Source: Octopus bimaculoides (taxonomy: Eukaryota). Taken from it: a stretch of DNA of 64,000 bases. Positions 48,983 to 62,472 of this stretch are shown here, one piece after another. Each line of letters starts with the position of its first letter. Position 1 is the first letter of the stretch. The notes under the pieces were generated by a model. The model did not search any database and was not told where the DNA came from. It worked only from the letters and a program-made list of their open reading frames with translations. The stretch spans positions 30,004,993 through 30,068,992 of the forward strand of contig NC_069000.1 of NCBI RefSeq assembly GCF_001194135.2. The letters run 5' to 3'. A program made the position numbers and the translations under genes.

Positions 48983-49415
48983 TATACATACACACAGATA
49001 CACATAGGCACATACCTACACTTTTCCCAAACAACTAGTAAACTTTAATATTTAATCTAATGTTCTCAAAATAAGAAATATTTATTTTTTAAGATGCTTT
49101 GGTTTTCATTTATAAAATATAAATATGCACATGTGTTGTTATTGATTAACATGTGGTTGAGCAAACCTATGATCAGTGACATTCCATCAATGACCAATCC
49201 ATCTTTCTGTTTCAGATACAGTCTATTTAGGACTACACTATTCAACATGTACTTTTTTTTAAGATTGTAGGTTGTGATTTATGGAATTTTTTTGTGTTAT
49301 TTTGAAGGTAGTCTCCTTTGTTGTTTGGTGTTTAGCTGTGCAAAGACGCTATTGAACATATGAAATGTAACAAATATGTATGTATTAGTATTGTAGTATA
49401 TGTTGTCATTCTGCA

Positions 49416-49421
49416 AATAAA
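49416..49421 (+). promoter_or_regulatory. Candidate polyadenylation signal of the TATDN2-like gene
   Basis: AATAAA about 570 nt after the stop codon, followed by a T/G-rich downstream region. Confidence 0.45.
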
Positions 49422-52400
49422 CACATTATTTGTAGTTTAATACTTTGTTACCAGCTTATATGTCAGCTTTTTAAATGAGTTCTCCATGCCTGTGTTTTTA
49501 CAGGTGTTTGGTTTATATATGTATATGTGTATTTCTTGTATGTATGTATGTATGTGTCGTTACAATTGGAGTGAGTCTGTGTGATGAATGATGAACTATA
49601 GTGTGTGTTTGTGTAAACTCACTCATATACACATGGATGCTCATTACCATGAAGATACTACAATACTACCCCAATAACTACAGACATACATGAATACAAC
49701 AAACACTAACATGCACGTTCTTCCCTCTTGCACTCACCACCAACAAATTATAAATACCAGACACTCAAAAAGACCATGGCAGAGAACTCATTGAAAAATC
49801 AAGTTGTGTGGTAAAATACTTTGACAAAGCAACTAATAATACAACTTGTGTGTGTGTGAAAGAGAGAGAGAGAGATCCATCAGCAGAATGGCTCTCCCAA
49901 AATCTATCATCTGTTTCAGCAGTTTCATATCCAGGATCATATTAAACAAGAAATATATATGCATTTACAACTTAGTGAAGATTGGAAGTTTCAGCTTCAA
50001 ATAAATAAATATGTGTTCGTGTGTATTTTATTTTGCATACAAAAACAGTGCTTGTACAGCTTTGTGTTAGAAGTATACAGAACTGGAATGTTTGTTTATA
50101 TGTAATACAAACAGTTCGGTGATTATTTGAATTATGGTTTTGTTTGCTCAGCATTTTTGTTAACTTCATACATCAGTGGATTAAAAAGAAATATTTGGTA
50201 ATGGTGTAAACTGAGATAACTGTGTTTTCAAAGTTCTTAAGCCTCTTTTTACTAGACGTGTGCATTTTATCATGCATCAGGTGAGTCCTTTGAGAAAATC
50301 TTGAGGGAATATTAGGGGTCATGTCAGCAGGCTGAAGTTTGCTTTTGATTAGAATTGAAGCAAGGTAGCACCTTGGAATTCCTCTTAATATCATTTATTT
50401 ACAGCTGCAAAGATTGGTCTCATTACTGTTCATAATTCCCATATTCCAATAAAGAGATTTTTACATGGTTACTTGACCTGATGGAAATAGCAACCAAATC
50501 TTCAATTTGCACACTTGTCTTAGAAAATATCAGATGATGTGGCCTGGGGCCAACTGAAGTCTTTTTCTTTCATATCCTGGCACTCCAAAAAAAATACACT
50601 CCAAGAAACAAACTTGTCTTTTCACTCTGTGCTGTTACTATGCAAATGCACCCATGCTAGTGGCACATAAAAAGCACCCAACATCACTCTGAAGTGGTTG
50701 ACATTAGGCAGGACATCCAGCCATAGAAACCATGCCAGAACAGATAATTGGAGCCTGGACAGCTCTCCGGCATGGAAAACAGACATTAAGCGATGATGAC
50801 GATGGATGATGTACATATATTTACTATGAAAATTTGGCTGAGTTGGTCTTTTCATTTCCATATTCAATGAGTACAGTGATATATTTGACAATAAAATATA
50901 GCATTTTAAAATCTAAATCATTTATTTTGCCCATTTAAAAAGGTCACAAAAGAAAACAAAACATTATTTTCAATGATATGGACATTACCTAATGGGTAAA
51001 AACAAGAAATGAATGAGGAAATTTTTAGTTGATTATAGCTAAACAGGACTTGTTTAGCTGGAATTGTGAGTGATGTTGCATTTGGTAGTGGAAGTATCAA
51101 CTGTTAATGCCACAAATGCTTGGCATTGATGAATCCAAAAATTCAGATTTTGGTTGTGTAGCAGCTAATAATAATGATAATAATTCAAATATTTTTGAGA
51201 ATTGTAAAAATTGTTCAACCTTATACTTGGATTTTTGGATTTGTTCAAAGAAAATTTACATTTTTTTCTGAAGTGTGGGCAGAAATTTGCTGGATATTTG
51301 AAAAAAAAAATTCAGTTATCATGCTAGGTAGGAATTGAACCTAGACCTTGTAAATGTCTTAGTGTATGTACTTAGCAACTATACTACAGGCACTCAGTTT
51401 AAATTAAACAGTCATAAACATCTTTTGCATCTACATCTCTGAGAAGGTTCTTGAGCATGAGAAAATTCCATACCCCCTTTCTTTTTTCTCTTATATAAAG
51501 GTGGTTGTAGCTGTTTTGCTCCAGGTCAGATCTGACCAAACAGACCTGATCAAAGGTATTCTAACCCATGAATGTCCTCTTATGTTATATATCAGAAATT
51601 ACGTAGTCCAGTATATTGCCATTTTAAGATGACATGGCTAAGTGTCTTGTAGTTGTAAAGAGGTTAAAATTGGTAATAATGTGAAAATGATGAAAATCCT
51701 CTGTTATTGCTGAAAGATCAAGTAATTGGTGTGATAGGTAGGAAATTTGGCTGCTATTTCTAGTAAGTTGATCAACCATATAGAGGCTCCTCTTTAGGTT
51801 ATTGTAGGTTAGTCAGGTCTGTAGGAAAAACAGACATGTAGGTGGAATTCTGCTTTAAGCACGCCATATAACACCTCAACTTTATTTTTTGGAGTTTTCT
51901 GAAAAATGTTTGTGAATTTGTGTTCTACATATGGGAATTCATAATATCATGCAAAAAAAAATTTTTTTGTTTCATTTAAGGGCAATTTGGCTGTTATTTT
52001 TAGTACATCTCATGATCACCTGATGACCTTCCTCATTTTTTTTTTGTCACTCTGACGTATTGATGTTCTTCAATATTAAATACATTTAATGGAATGATGA
52101 TGCACCCAATGGTGGTCTGTTTCTGGGATTTAGGCAAAAAATTCAGACTTTCCGTATTTTAAGCTATGACTTTAAAAAAAAAAATTCAAAAAAGTAAAAC
52201 TTTTAGGAATGTTTTGGGATGGGGCAGGGTTAAAAATTCTAAAATAGAAAATTTTGTTCATAATCGTATGAATTCCTGTGTGTAGAACACATTTTCAAAA
52301 GTTTTCTGAAAATTCCCAAATCTCTAAAAAGTTTTGAGGGATTACATGGGATTCTTAAACCAGAATTCTGCCCTGGTGTATTCCAGTAGGTAGCTGTCCT

Positions 52401-55400
52401 GAGAAGAAAGGATTGGGTTAAGTATTGAGTCTGGGATTAGGAGATAGCAAGGGTGGACCTGGTTAAAGAGAGTATGCAACTAGTTTACAAACTGGAAGTC
52501 CGTTACATAGAGTTAACACAAGATGTATATGGTGTGTTATATAAGTAATATCACGGTGGCAGGCATGGCCAAGTGATTCAGAAGTTTGTTTCGCAGCCAG
52601 AACATCCTAGATTTGAATCCGACTGTGTAGCATCTTGGACAGCTTTTATTATAGTGCTGGGTCATCTTAAACCTTATGGGTAAAACTGAGTAGGCATAAA
52701 ATGTGAAGTTATCAGATGGACTGCACCTGTAGTTCAAAGACATATCTTTACCAGACACTGTCATTCTGATTCTGCCTTGGGAATACTCATTCACTTCCAG
52801 GTAGTTCAATTAATCAATCAATCAATGGGAATTATTGCTATTGAAACAAGTGGAAAATTCATTTACCCTAATGAATATTGTTTATGTAGTGTGTGTGTGT
52901 CACAAGGGCAGGAACAAAATTATAGTGGAATTTAGACTTTATTATAAATGCTATTTTCCAAATTTGAAATCTCTTCCTGAAACCCAAGGATGGTAAATAA
53001 TCTCAATATCTTTCTTCTCTTTTAGTTTTTTCACTCTAACTTCTTGTTCTTTATTGATAGACACATTCTGCAAGGAGAAAGAATACTGTACTTTTCTAGT
53101 TGACTTTGAGTAAGAAAGACAGTTCCCATTGCTTTTTCACAGAACCTCCAAGGAAGTTCTAAGATTGGAGACCTAGTCCGAATACTTGTGACAAAGTAGA
53201 CTCCCTTAAAGGTGCTCAGGCATGTAGTTGGGAGTGTTAAACTGGAAGATTATTGGTTGTGACATCCAAGGTTTGCTGTGGTGTAGAGGAAAATGTTATT
53301 TTCCTGGTACAGGTACTAGAAACAGCAAAGCATTAAACTGAATACTTGGCAATGTTTAGTTTCAACTGTCTGTATTCTGAGTTCTAATTGTGTCAAAGCC
53401 AACCATGACATTATGGAGTCTGGTTAAATAGTCTACACTGCTTCTTCCTCCCAAATATATTTCTATGTCTGTGTTAAATATATTTTAAGTGTTAGGAATG
53501 ACAAAAATTGAGTACCCAAGAAAATACATTATCCCTGTGGTCTTTTCCCTGAAGTGAGCTCTCTGAATAATACTTGGTATGTATCTATATTTAACAACAT
53601 ACAGTATACAGAGTAAAATAGCCATTCATAATTTGACAGACCTACCGGAATATTCAAAAGCTTCAATCCTGAAGTGGGAGTATTTAATGCAGCCAATAAA
53701 GCATCCACACCGTCATACTGTACAAAGTTCCCTTGTAACTATAATAAATACAGACATGATTAATATATATCAGATAAAGGATTAATGGAGATGACATGAT
53801 AATGCATCAGCTTCACATTGGATGAAGAAAAAAATTAACTGTCCTTTTCAGAGAAAGATGTCGTCTCAGAAGAAGAATTACAGGTGAGGCAGAAAGGAAA
53901 GTTTCTCTCTCTGGGAGAGTGAATGTTAAGGGAAGTAGTTGGTAATTATGAAATGTTTTTAGTTAAGTATGAATGTAGATAATTAGAGAAAATTGAGTCA
54001 GATTTAATTCATTTAGCTGACAGTTTCTGAACTGGAAGATTATTTATGATTTGCATTGGACATGGGAGAAGGAAGGGTCCACAGCTCAAATGAGAGGCAG
54101 CTTGTCACGAGGTGTTCAGTTGGGCATCACTAAAATACTCTGTAAACCTACCTGTTAATCTCTGAGCCATTTACTGCACATCAAATAACCTACTTAGTTT
54201 GTATTGGATGTGTGGGGGTATTGAGGAGGATTGGATAGGTATGTTTATAAGAATTTATGTAGTAAAAGAATCTCAATTGTTTATTATGCAAATTGTGTGG
54301 GGTTGAGTTTAGATTCTCAATTTGAGTGGAATAATTATATTGACAAATACAGTTTGTTATGGTATCTATAAAAACTGGTTTATATTAGTAAATTCAATTA
54401 TTCCTGATAATTGATGTCACATTTTCTCTTGTAAGAAATACTGGCAAACAAAGTAAAAGACATGCTTTATATATGTATATAGAGGAGAGAGTGGATAAAC
54501 AAGAAAAAGGTATTCAACACATTTAGTAGGAGTTACAGTTTGCTTCTGTTGTGTGAGACTTCAAGTTTAACCGGCTCCTAACAGGAGCTTGTCTCATGCT
54601 TTGGATTCAAACCAAAGCATGAAAGAAAAAGGCTCCTCTTAGGGTCTCCACAAAACTTGAAGTCACATGGAACTGAATCAAACTTTTAAATAATATGTAT
54701 GTATATATATATCATCATCATCATTTAACATCTGGTTTCCATGCTGACATAGGTTGAATGGTTGGACAGGAGCTGGACAGGAAGGCAGGAGACTGCACCA
54801 GACTTGTGTGTCTGTTTTGGCATGGTTTCTACAGCTGGATGCCCTTCCTAACACTGACCACCCCACAAAGTGGACTGAGTGCTTTTTATGTGGCACCAGC
54901 ACAAGCAAGGTCAATTTTGGCATGGTTTTTACAGCTGGATGCCCTTCCAAATGCCAACCATTTTACAGCATGGACTGGGTGCTTTTTACGTGGCACCGAC
55001 ACAGGCAGGGTCACCAAGTAACTTGCAAGACAAAAAACTTTTGAGGGGAGGGGGCATTGGAGGAGGTGATCTTATGCTAGATGATGGGAGGTTAGAGTGT
55101 GACAGACAGAAACAGTTGTCTTGTTATAGAGGAGGTACATGGTTACCTGGCCAGCGAGAGAGAGAGTGTGATCAAAAATGAGGACAGAAACAGGTGTGCT
55201 GCTGTAGAGGTATATGGCTACCCAGCCAAAGAGGAGAGCAAGAGAGAGGTGGTGGTGAAGTGCCAGAGCAAACCCTCAAGGTATGAAGGTCATAATATAA
55301 GGAGCAGGATATTGCCAAAGAAAAGTGAGTAGGAAGTAGAGACTTCACAGGGTGTTGGGGTGGGGAATGCAGTGACTGGTGAAAACCTAGGTATATAAAG

Positions 55401-55574
55401 GGGGTTTGGGGACTATGCGATAGCAATAATACAGTGAGGACAGGATTGGGGAGTGAGAGATAAGCATAGTGCATGAAAGGAAATGTGAGGAAGAGATGTA
55501 GTTTGGTTTGTTGGGGTAAGGGGTGTGAAAAGTTTAGTTGTTATGTGTGGGTGGAACACAGTGCTTCCAGAACT

Positions 55575-55860
55575 TGTTTCAGTTATTAGACTGTGGCCAT
55601 GCTGGAGCACCGCCTTAAATTTTTTAGTTGAATGAATTGACCCCAGTACTCTAGAGTGGAAAGGAACAACATTTCTTGTATGACAATGATGTTTGTTTAC
55701 AACTATCCAATAATGTCAAGACAAGGGTACACAAGTGTATATATATTTATGACCAGCTTCTTTCAGTTTCCATCTATAAAATCTACTCACAAAGATTTGG
55801 TTGACTGGGGATAAAGTAGAAAACACTTGCCCAAGACGCCATGTAGTGGGACAAACCACA
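55575..55860 (-). mobile_element. SINE family B
   Basis: GACTGTGGCCATGCTGGAGCACCGCC...ACACTTGCCCAAG. Confidence 0.7.
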
Positions 55861-56229
55861 GCTATGTCTGTGCCTGTACACATAAATATTACATAATTTA
55901 AAATCCCTAGGACAGTTTAGTTGGAGTACAAGGTGTCAGCAGAATCAGTCGATTAGAACTAACAGCAGTAGCATAGAGAGCCGAACCAGTTACAGAGATG
56001 ACATGTTGAGCATGTACTAGTTATACAATATTCACTGATAGTTTAGTTTGATAATATGAAAGGCAACGAAATAGCAATGCACACAGAAAATATTGAAATT
56101 GTGTTTCTGCTTTCACCACTTCTTGACATTACAAAACCAACAACTTTCCACACAAGTATTGCAAACTGACAACAAGGAACAGTTACAAAATTGTGTTTGT
56201 ATTTCACTAGTCTAAATTTATATTTGGCA

Positions 56230-57370
56230 TGCATAAATGTAGAAACCTAGATAAGACACCACAAAAGTTCCTCAACAAAACTACTGAGAAATATGCACCA
56301 ACACAAATAAGTTTAAACTATAAATATTGGGTAAGATTTTTAGCTGCCAAATGTTTATAACTATTAGGGACCAAAAATTTTGTCTGACTGTAAATGTAGG
56401 TTAATCAGTCCCGCTAAATGTGAGGTTGGACTAGCTAGCATAGTTCTAAATAGTGTTAACAATTGCATTAGGAATGCCAAAAACTTGCATCAATCAGTAG
56501 AATATTAATAATGATTTCAAATTTTGGCACAAGGCCAGCAATTTCGGGTGAGTGGGTAAATGCTCAACTGGTATTTATTTCATCAACCCTGAAAAGATGA
56601 AAGGCAAAGTTGACTTAAGACTTCCTCAATGTTATACATGGAAGCCAAATGAAAAATTCCTGTATTAATGTAGGATCATGCAAACCATATTAGTGTATAA
56701 GAATCCCATCTACAATATTAGCAGAAGGTGTTCAATCTTTGCTTGAGTAAGGTAATATTTGAGGTTGCCTCCTAATACTATAAAACCTTATTAACTTGTA
56801 AATTCAAAGAGAAAAGTATCTACACAACTCACACCTTGCTTCCTACAAATGAAAAGAGGTTTATATTTCACTTTTTACTCATCATAATAGCTAAACAGCT
56901 ACAGACTTTAACTGACAAGCATTTTCCTCCTGATTGTCTAGAAATCTTTAACAGATACAATCTTAAAATTAGCTATAGTTGCACATCAAACATGGAAAAC
57001 ATTGCACATATCTAGTATCAAAACTGAAGATATTAATACAGGAAACCTAATACATGTCCACAAGACAAATCTTGCAATATAGGAGCAAAAGACAATTAAA
57101 TTTAGTAGAAACACATACATTACACAGGTTGAATAATCAAATAATTTAAACAAATTACTTAATCATACATCCTTCTGTAAACACATTGGTAAAAAGAACA
57201 CCATGAAAGTGGCCAACTACATTTGGAAGTTAAAAAGTTTCAGAGTGGAGAATTAAATGAGACATCCTAGAAAGCTCTTATCCCTACTAAACTGAAAGTA
57301 AAATGTGGTCTGTGCACAGCAGAGAAGAGAAGAATCTTCAAAAGCTTTGATGAACAAGATGCTTATCTAA
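56230..57370 (+). mobile_element. Decayed Penelope-like element (RT C-terminus plus GIY-YIG region), interrupted by a SINE at about 56510-56615
   Basis: Frameshifted peptides DFLNV, KPNEK, IPSTI, KHFPPDCLEIFNRYNLKISYSCTSNMENI, NYIWKLK and CGLCTAEKRRIF match the conserved Penelope C-terminal motifs. Confidence 0.8.
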
Positions 57371-57649
57371 AAAAAAAAAAAATTGGAGATAATTGGGAGA
57401 TGTAGTAACTTTGAAAAGTACCCGTTATGCAACTGGGAAACACCATCTTCACTACATGCATGCGCAAGCTCCTCATATTGTTTCATCTCAGAATTTCTTC
57501 AGGGTTTACTCTTGCGACTTTCTTCCCATTATTCACCCATTTTGCATTTAGTTTCCGTTTTCCCACACTTCTCCTCCTCCCATTCACTGATATTACTCTC
57601 CCTTAATTACATTCAACTCCCCATCCCCCACCAACTTCAAATAATTAGT

Positions 57650-58005
57650 TTCAATGTTCTAGCTTACTTCTGCTGTTTACAGCAGCACTTGGAAGGAACG
57701 TGTGTAGCGTGTCATCATCGCATTGACCATGACAGAGGAAGTTGTCATAGTGATACCTGCTCAAAGACCTACGCAAGGTTGCAGAAAGTGTATGGAGAGG
57801 AGTGTATGAACCACACAGAAGTGTATGAGTGGTTCAGACATTTCCATTTCCAAGATGGTCGAAAAAATGTCAATAGTGACAAACGTTCTGGGATACCTGC
57901 AACCAGCAGAACTGAGAAAAACATTGCAGATGTGCATACAGCTGTGAGGGGAAATTGTTGAATCACCATTCAAGAGTTATCAGAGGATGTGCAGAGTAGT
58001 TATGA
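57650..58005 (+). mobile_element. Mariner fragment, same family as 10395-11078
   Basis: KTYARLQKVYGEECMNHTEVYEWFRHF...KRSGIPATSRTEKNIADV. Confidence 0.85.
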
Positions 58006-58084
58006 CATCACAGAGGTCAGCTGTCCTGCTGATGTGAATATCTCTTTAAAAATCAATGAGAAAAAAGATAACTACGGACAACTA

Positions 58085-58363
58085 CCATTGGCGCTGGACT
58101 AAATCATGTGCAGCTGGCACTTAAAAAACACCATTTGAGCTTGGCCATCGCCAGTACTGCCTAACTGGCCCTTGTGCCGGTGGCATGTAAAAGTATCCAC
58201 TACATTCTCGGAGTGGTTGGTGTTAGGAAGGGCATCCAGCTGTAGAAACTCTACCTGATCACATTGGAGCCTGCTGCAGCCACCTGGCTTGCCAGTCCTC
58301 AGTCAAACCATCCAACCCATACCAGCATGGAAAGCGGATGTTAAACGATGATGATGATGATGA
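58085..58363 (+). mobile_element. RTE 3' end with (GAT)n tail
   Basis: Same family as 17149-17627. Confidence 0.8.
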
Positions 58364-58369
58364 TATATA

Positions 58370-58434
<65 letters not shown>

Positions 58435-59247
58435 AAATACTATTATTATTATTGATAAACACACACACACATAAGACAGCAGTGTGTGATTTGAGGAAAA
58501 TGTACCTGTTGTTTCTATTTGTAAATATTGTTATTGCTGTTGAGATACACATACACACGCAAGACAGCAGTGTGTGATTTGAGGAACATGTGCCTGTTAT
58601 TTCTAGCTGGTGTAGCTACCATGTAAAAGTTTTTATTCTTGGCTCATTGATACACATAAACGTATATTAGACAGTAGAATGTAATTCAAAGAGAAATTGT
58701 ATAATTTTTCAGAAAATGATAAGTGTAAAACCTAAAATGATAGAAGTTAAAATACGCAGGTTTATTTAGGACTATGTAAATAGACAAGCATACACTTACA
58801 TAGACACACACACATCTATATGTATTCATGTATGAGTTGTATGTGTGTGTGTGTATGTAGTGTGTGTATGTAGTGTGTGTGTCTATGTATTCTCTCTCTC
58901 TTGCTATATATATATATATATATATATATGTATCCTACTGAAGTTTACAAAGTATGGAATGTGTCTTTTAAATGTCGAACTACCACAATGAGATTTCATA
59001 TATTCTGTTTCCACTTGACATATGATGTTAATGGCAGTATGTGTAAATTGTAGTGAGTGACTTAATTGGCTGACGAAGATGGAGACAAAACTAGTTTGAT
59101 CTGCGCATGTGCTGTACGTTGAGAAAAAAAAAATTAAGACAGAGTTATGTATCTTGTTAATTGTATGTAAAGAAAACAGACAAACTGAGCACGTGCATTT
59201 GCACAAAATAACTGTGATTATGTGTATTATGTTTTTTTTCTGCATAT

Positions 59248-59411
59248 GTAGGCGCAGGAGTGGCTATGTGGTAAGTAGCTTGCTTACCAACCACATGGTT
59301 CTGGGTTCAGTCTCCACTTCGTGGCACCTTGGGCAAATGTCTTCTACTATAGCCTCGGGCTGACCAAAGCCTTGTGAATGGATTTGGTAGATGGAAACTG
59401 AAAGAAGTCCG

Positions 59412-59453
<42 letters not shown>

Positions 59454-59665
59454 GTATATATGTTTGTGTGTCTGTGTTTGTCCCCCCACCCAACAACTGA
59501 TGCTGGTGTGTTTACATCCTCGTAACTTAGCGGTTCGGCAAAAGATACTGATAGAATAAGTACTAGGCTTACAAAGAATAATTCCTAGGGTCGATTTGCT
59601 CGACTAAAGGCAGTGCTCCAGCATAACCGCAGTCAAATCACTGAAACAAGTAAAAGAGTAAAAGA
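59248..59665 (+). mobile_element. Full-length SINE family B
   Basis: GGCGCAGGAGTGGCTATGTGGTAAGTAGCTTGC head, internal (TA)n(TG)n, AAACAAGTAAAAGAGTAAAAG tail. Confidence 0.88.
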
Positions 59666-60058
59666 TATGGGTGTGTTCTTAACAAAGTTCAGGGAACTTG
59701 TTAAATTTCTTCCAACCACTTGAGGTATTTCAAATTTTGCCAGCTTTTTTTCATATTTCCTACACTGATGTATGTGGTTTTGTATGCTGAACATTGAATT
59801 CTTTTTGAAAAGGATTTAATGGAAACAGAATTTTTATTCTCAAATTTTTGCTATGTATTTAAAATACATTCAAATAGTTTTTCAAATAGGTCACACTTTG
59901 CTACATGAATTCATGGAGATATGAGTCTACTGTAGAAGGATGAGTGCCACAATGCTGTTTATTTCCACACCTAACACAGGCTCAAGTACTTTCTACTTCT
60001 TGAGTGTCAGTTCTGTCTTGAAGGCTGACAAACTTAATGTTGTGTGTGGTTCACTGTT

Positions 60059-60376
60059 CTATGCTGAAAGTGGCAGCCTGGTATCTCTGGACTGTGCGAG
60101 TATGCTCGACACAGATTGCTGTAAATCTTTATTCCCAATAGAATCAATTGTTGTACCTAGCAACATAAAAACAAAATTGAACTCCTAAGAGGAAGGGTAT
60201 CCGCTTCTAACTTTGTGCTTTTTCTCGTGGATACAGATACTCGGCATTTTCTGTTACTACAGAAACAATATGTGTTATCATGACAACAGACACCAGTGAT
60301 TTTTGATATGTTGGCAGTTTTTGATTAGCTAAAATTGCAGACTTTAAAATACTTGAAACTTCTTTATTATCAATTG
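60059..60376 (-). CDS. Possible terminal coding exons of an unidentified minus-strand gene (60376-60212 and 60156-60059)
   Basis: Two pyrimidine-rich acceptors (TTCCTTTTTCCTAG at 60377, TTTTTATGTTGCTAG at 60157), both phase 1, with open frames IDNKEVSSILKSAILANQKLPTYQK... and TTIDSIGNKDLQQSVSSILAQSRDTRLPLSA-stop. The donor (GTTAGA, 55-nt intron) is weak and I recognise no domain. Confidence 0.3.
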
Positions 60377-61000
60377 CTAGGAAAAAGGAATGCAATGTTT
60401 GTCATCAGTATGTGAAACCACATAAGTGCAGAAAATTTGTAAAACATCTAATGAAAATTTGAAATACTTCAAATGGTTGAAATAAATTTAACATCTGTAT
60501 GAATGTGATCTTCTATAACTACCAGGTGTGAAGGACCCCTAGCTGCTGTCACAGCATCCTTTTAGGAAAGGGATACTCTGGTGTAAAACCTGTGCCCCAG
60601 CTTGGTCATACTCTAATGACCTAAACAAATAAAAGAGAAAAAGAAGAGATAAAAGGGTAGAAAGAATAAATTCTATGATTCATACTGTAATTATTTTTGA
60701 CAGGTTTCAATGGAATAAAAGCATTATCATTTATATAATTATGTAATTAACATTGATAATTAATCAGTTTAAATGTAGTGTGTAAACTATCACATTTCAG
60801 TTAATCATGCATGTTAATTACATAATTATATGCATGCTTTTGACTAACATAATCACATCTATTCATATATTTATAAATACATATACACATACCTACATAT
60901 ATTTTAATTTTATTCACCTTACTTTGAGTTGTATGGATAGTACCGCACTAACTTGGTGCTTCAACTTAAGCACCTAATTCAACAGAATCTCAATTATTTC

Positions 61001-61033
<33 letters not shown>

Positions 61034-62177
61034 AAAAAAAAGTCATGGTAGAAAATGCTAAAAACATTTTATAAAAAACATTTCAGTACCGGTTTCGGTC
61101 ATTGAGATTTTTTTCAACTGTAAGTATGGAAAACAATTAAATTTTGGAAAAATTAAATGAAAAGTAATAATAAATCTCTGAACGAGGTATAAACAGTAGC
61201 TGCACGACAACATGAAGTATATTTGCCACTTAAATGCGGCTAACCCCTAAGGGCGAATGCTACTGTAGCTTGTAGCCCCAGGAGAACATCTCCTCCANNN
61301 NNNNNNNNNNNNNNNNNNNNNNNNNNNNNNNNNNNNNNNNNNNNNNNNNNNNNNNNNNNNNNNNNNNNNNNNNNNNNNNNNNNNNNNNNNNNNNNNNNNN
61401 NNNNNNNNNNNNNNNNNNNNNNNNNNNNNNNNNNNNNNNNNNNNNNNNNNNNNNNNNNNNNNNNNNNNNNNNNNNNNNNNNNNNNNNNNNNNNNNNNNNN
61501 NNNNNNNNNNNNNNNNNNNNNNNNNNNNNNNNNNNNNNNNNNNNNNNNNNNNNNNNNNNNNNNNNNNNNNNNNNNNNNNNNNNNNNNNNNNNNNNNNNNN
61601 NNNNNNNNNNNNNNNNNNNNNNNNNNNNNNNNNNNNNNNNNNNNNNNNNNNNNNNNNNNNNNNNNNNNNNNNNNNNNNNNNNNNNNNNNNNNNNNNNNNN
61701 NNNNNNNNNNNNNNNNNNNNNNNNNNNNNNNNNNNNNNNNNNNNNNNNNNNNNNNNNNNNNNNNNNNNNNNNNNNNNNNNNNNNNNNNNNNNNNNNNNNN
61801 NNNNNNNNNNNNNNNNNNNNNNNNNNNNNNNNNNNNNNNNNNNNNNNNNNNNNNNNNNNNNNNNNNNNNNNNNNNNNNNNNNNNNNNNNNNNNNNNNNNN
61901 NNNNNNNNNNNNNNNNNNNNNNNNNNNNNNNNNNNNNNNNNNNNNNNNNNNNNNNNNNNNNNNNNNNNNNNNNNNNNNNNNNNNNNNNNNNNNNNNNNNN
62001 NNNNNNNNNNNNNNNNNNNNNNNNNNNNNNNNNNNNNNNNNNNNNNNNNNNNNNNNNNNNNNNNNNNNNNNNNNNNNNNNNNNNNNNNNNNNNNNNNNNN
62101 NNNNNNNNNNNNNNNNNNNNNNNNNNNNNNNNNNNNNNNNNNNNNNNNNNNNNNNNNNNNNNNNNNNNGTATATAAT

Positions 62178-62472
62178 ATCATCATCGTCATTTAACGTCT
62201 GCTTTCCATGCTAGCATGGGTTGGACGATTTGACTGAGGACTGGTGGACCAGGAGGCAACACCAGACTCCAATCTGATTTGGCAGAGTTTCTACAGCTGG
62301 ATGCCCTTCCTAACACCAACCACTCTGAGAGTGTAGTGGGTGCTTCACGTGCCACCGGTACGAGGGCCAGTCAGGCGGTACTGGTGACGGCCACGCTCGA
62401 AATGGTATATTTTATGTGCCACCTGCACAGGAGCCAGTCCATCGGCACTGGCAACAATCTTGCTCAAATGTC
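62178..62472 (-). mobile_element. RTE 3' end with (GAT)n tail
   Basis: Close relative of 9814-10167. Confidence 0.82.

Noticed and set aside
50173-50394. 73-aa minus-strand ORF
   Set aside because: No acceptor or homology evidence. Length is within chance expectation.
59925-60061. Three consecutive in-frame UAG stops, suggesting A-to-I readthrough
   Set aside because: The exon itself is unproven and UAG recurrence is plausible by chance. No supporting structure seen.
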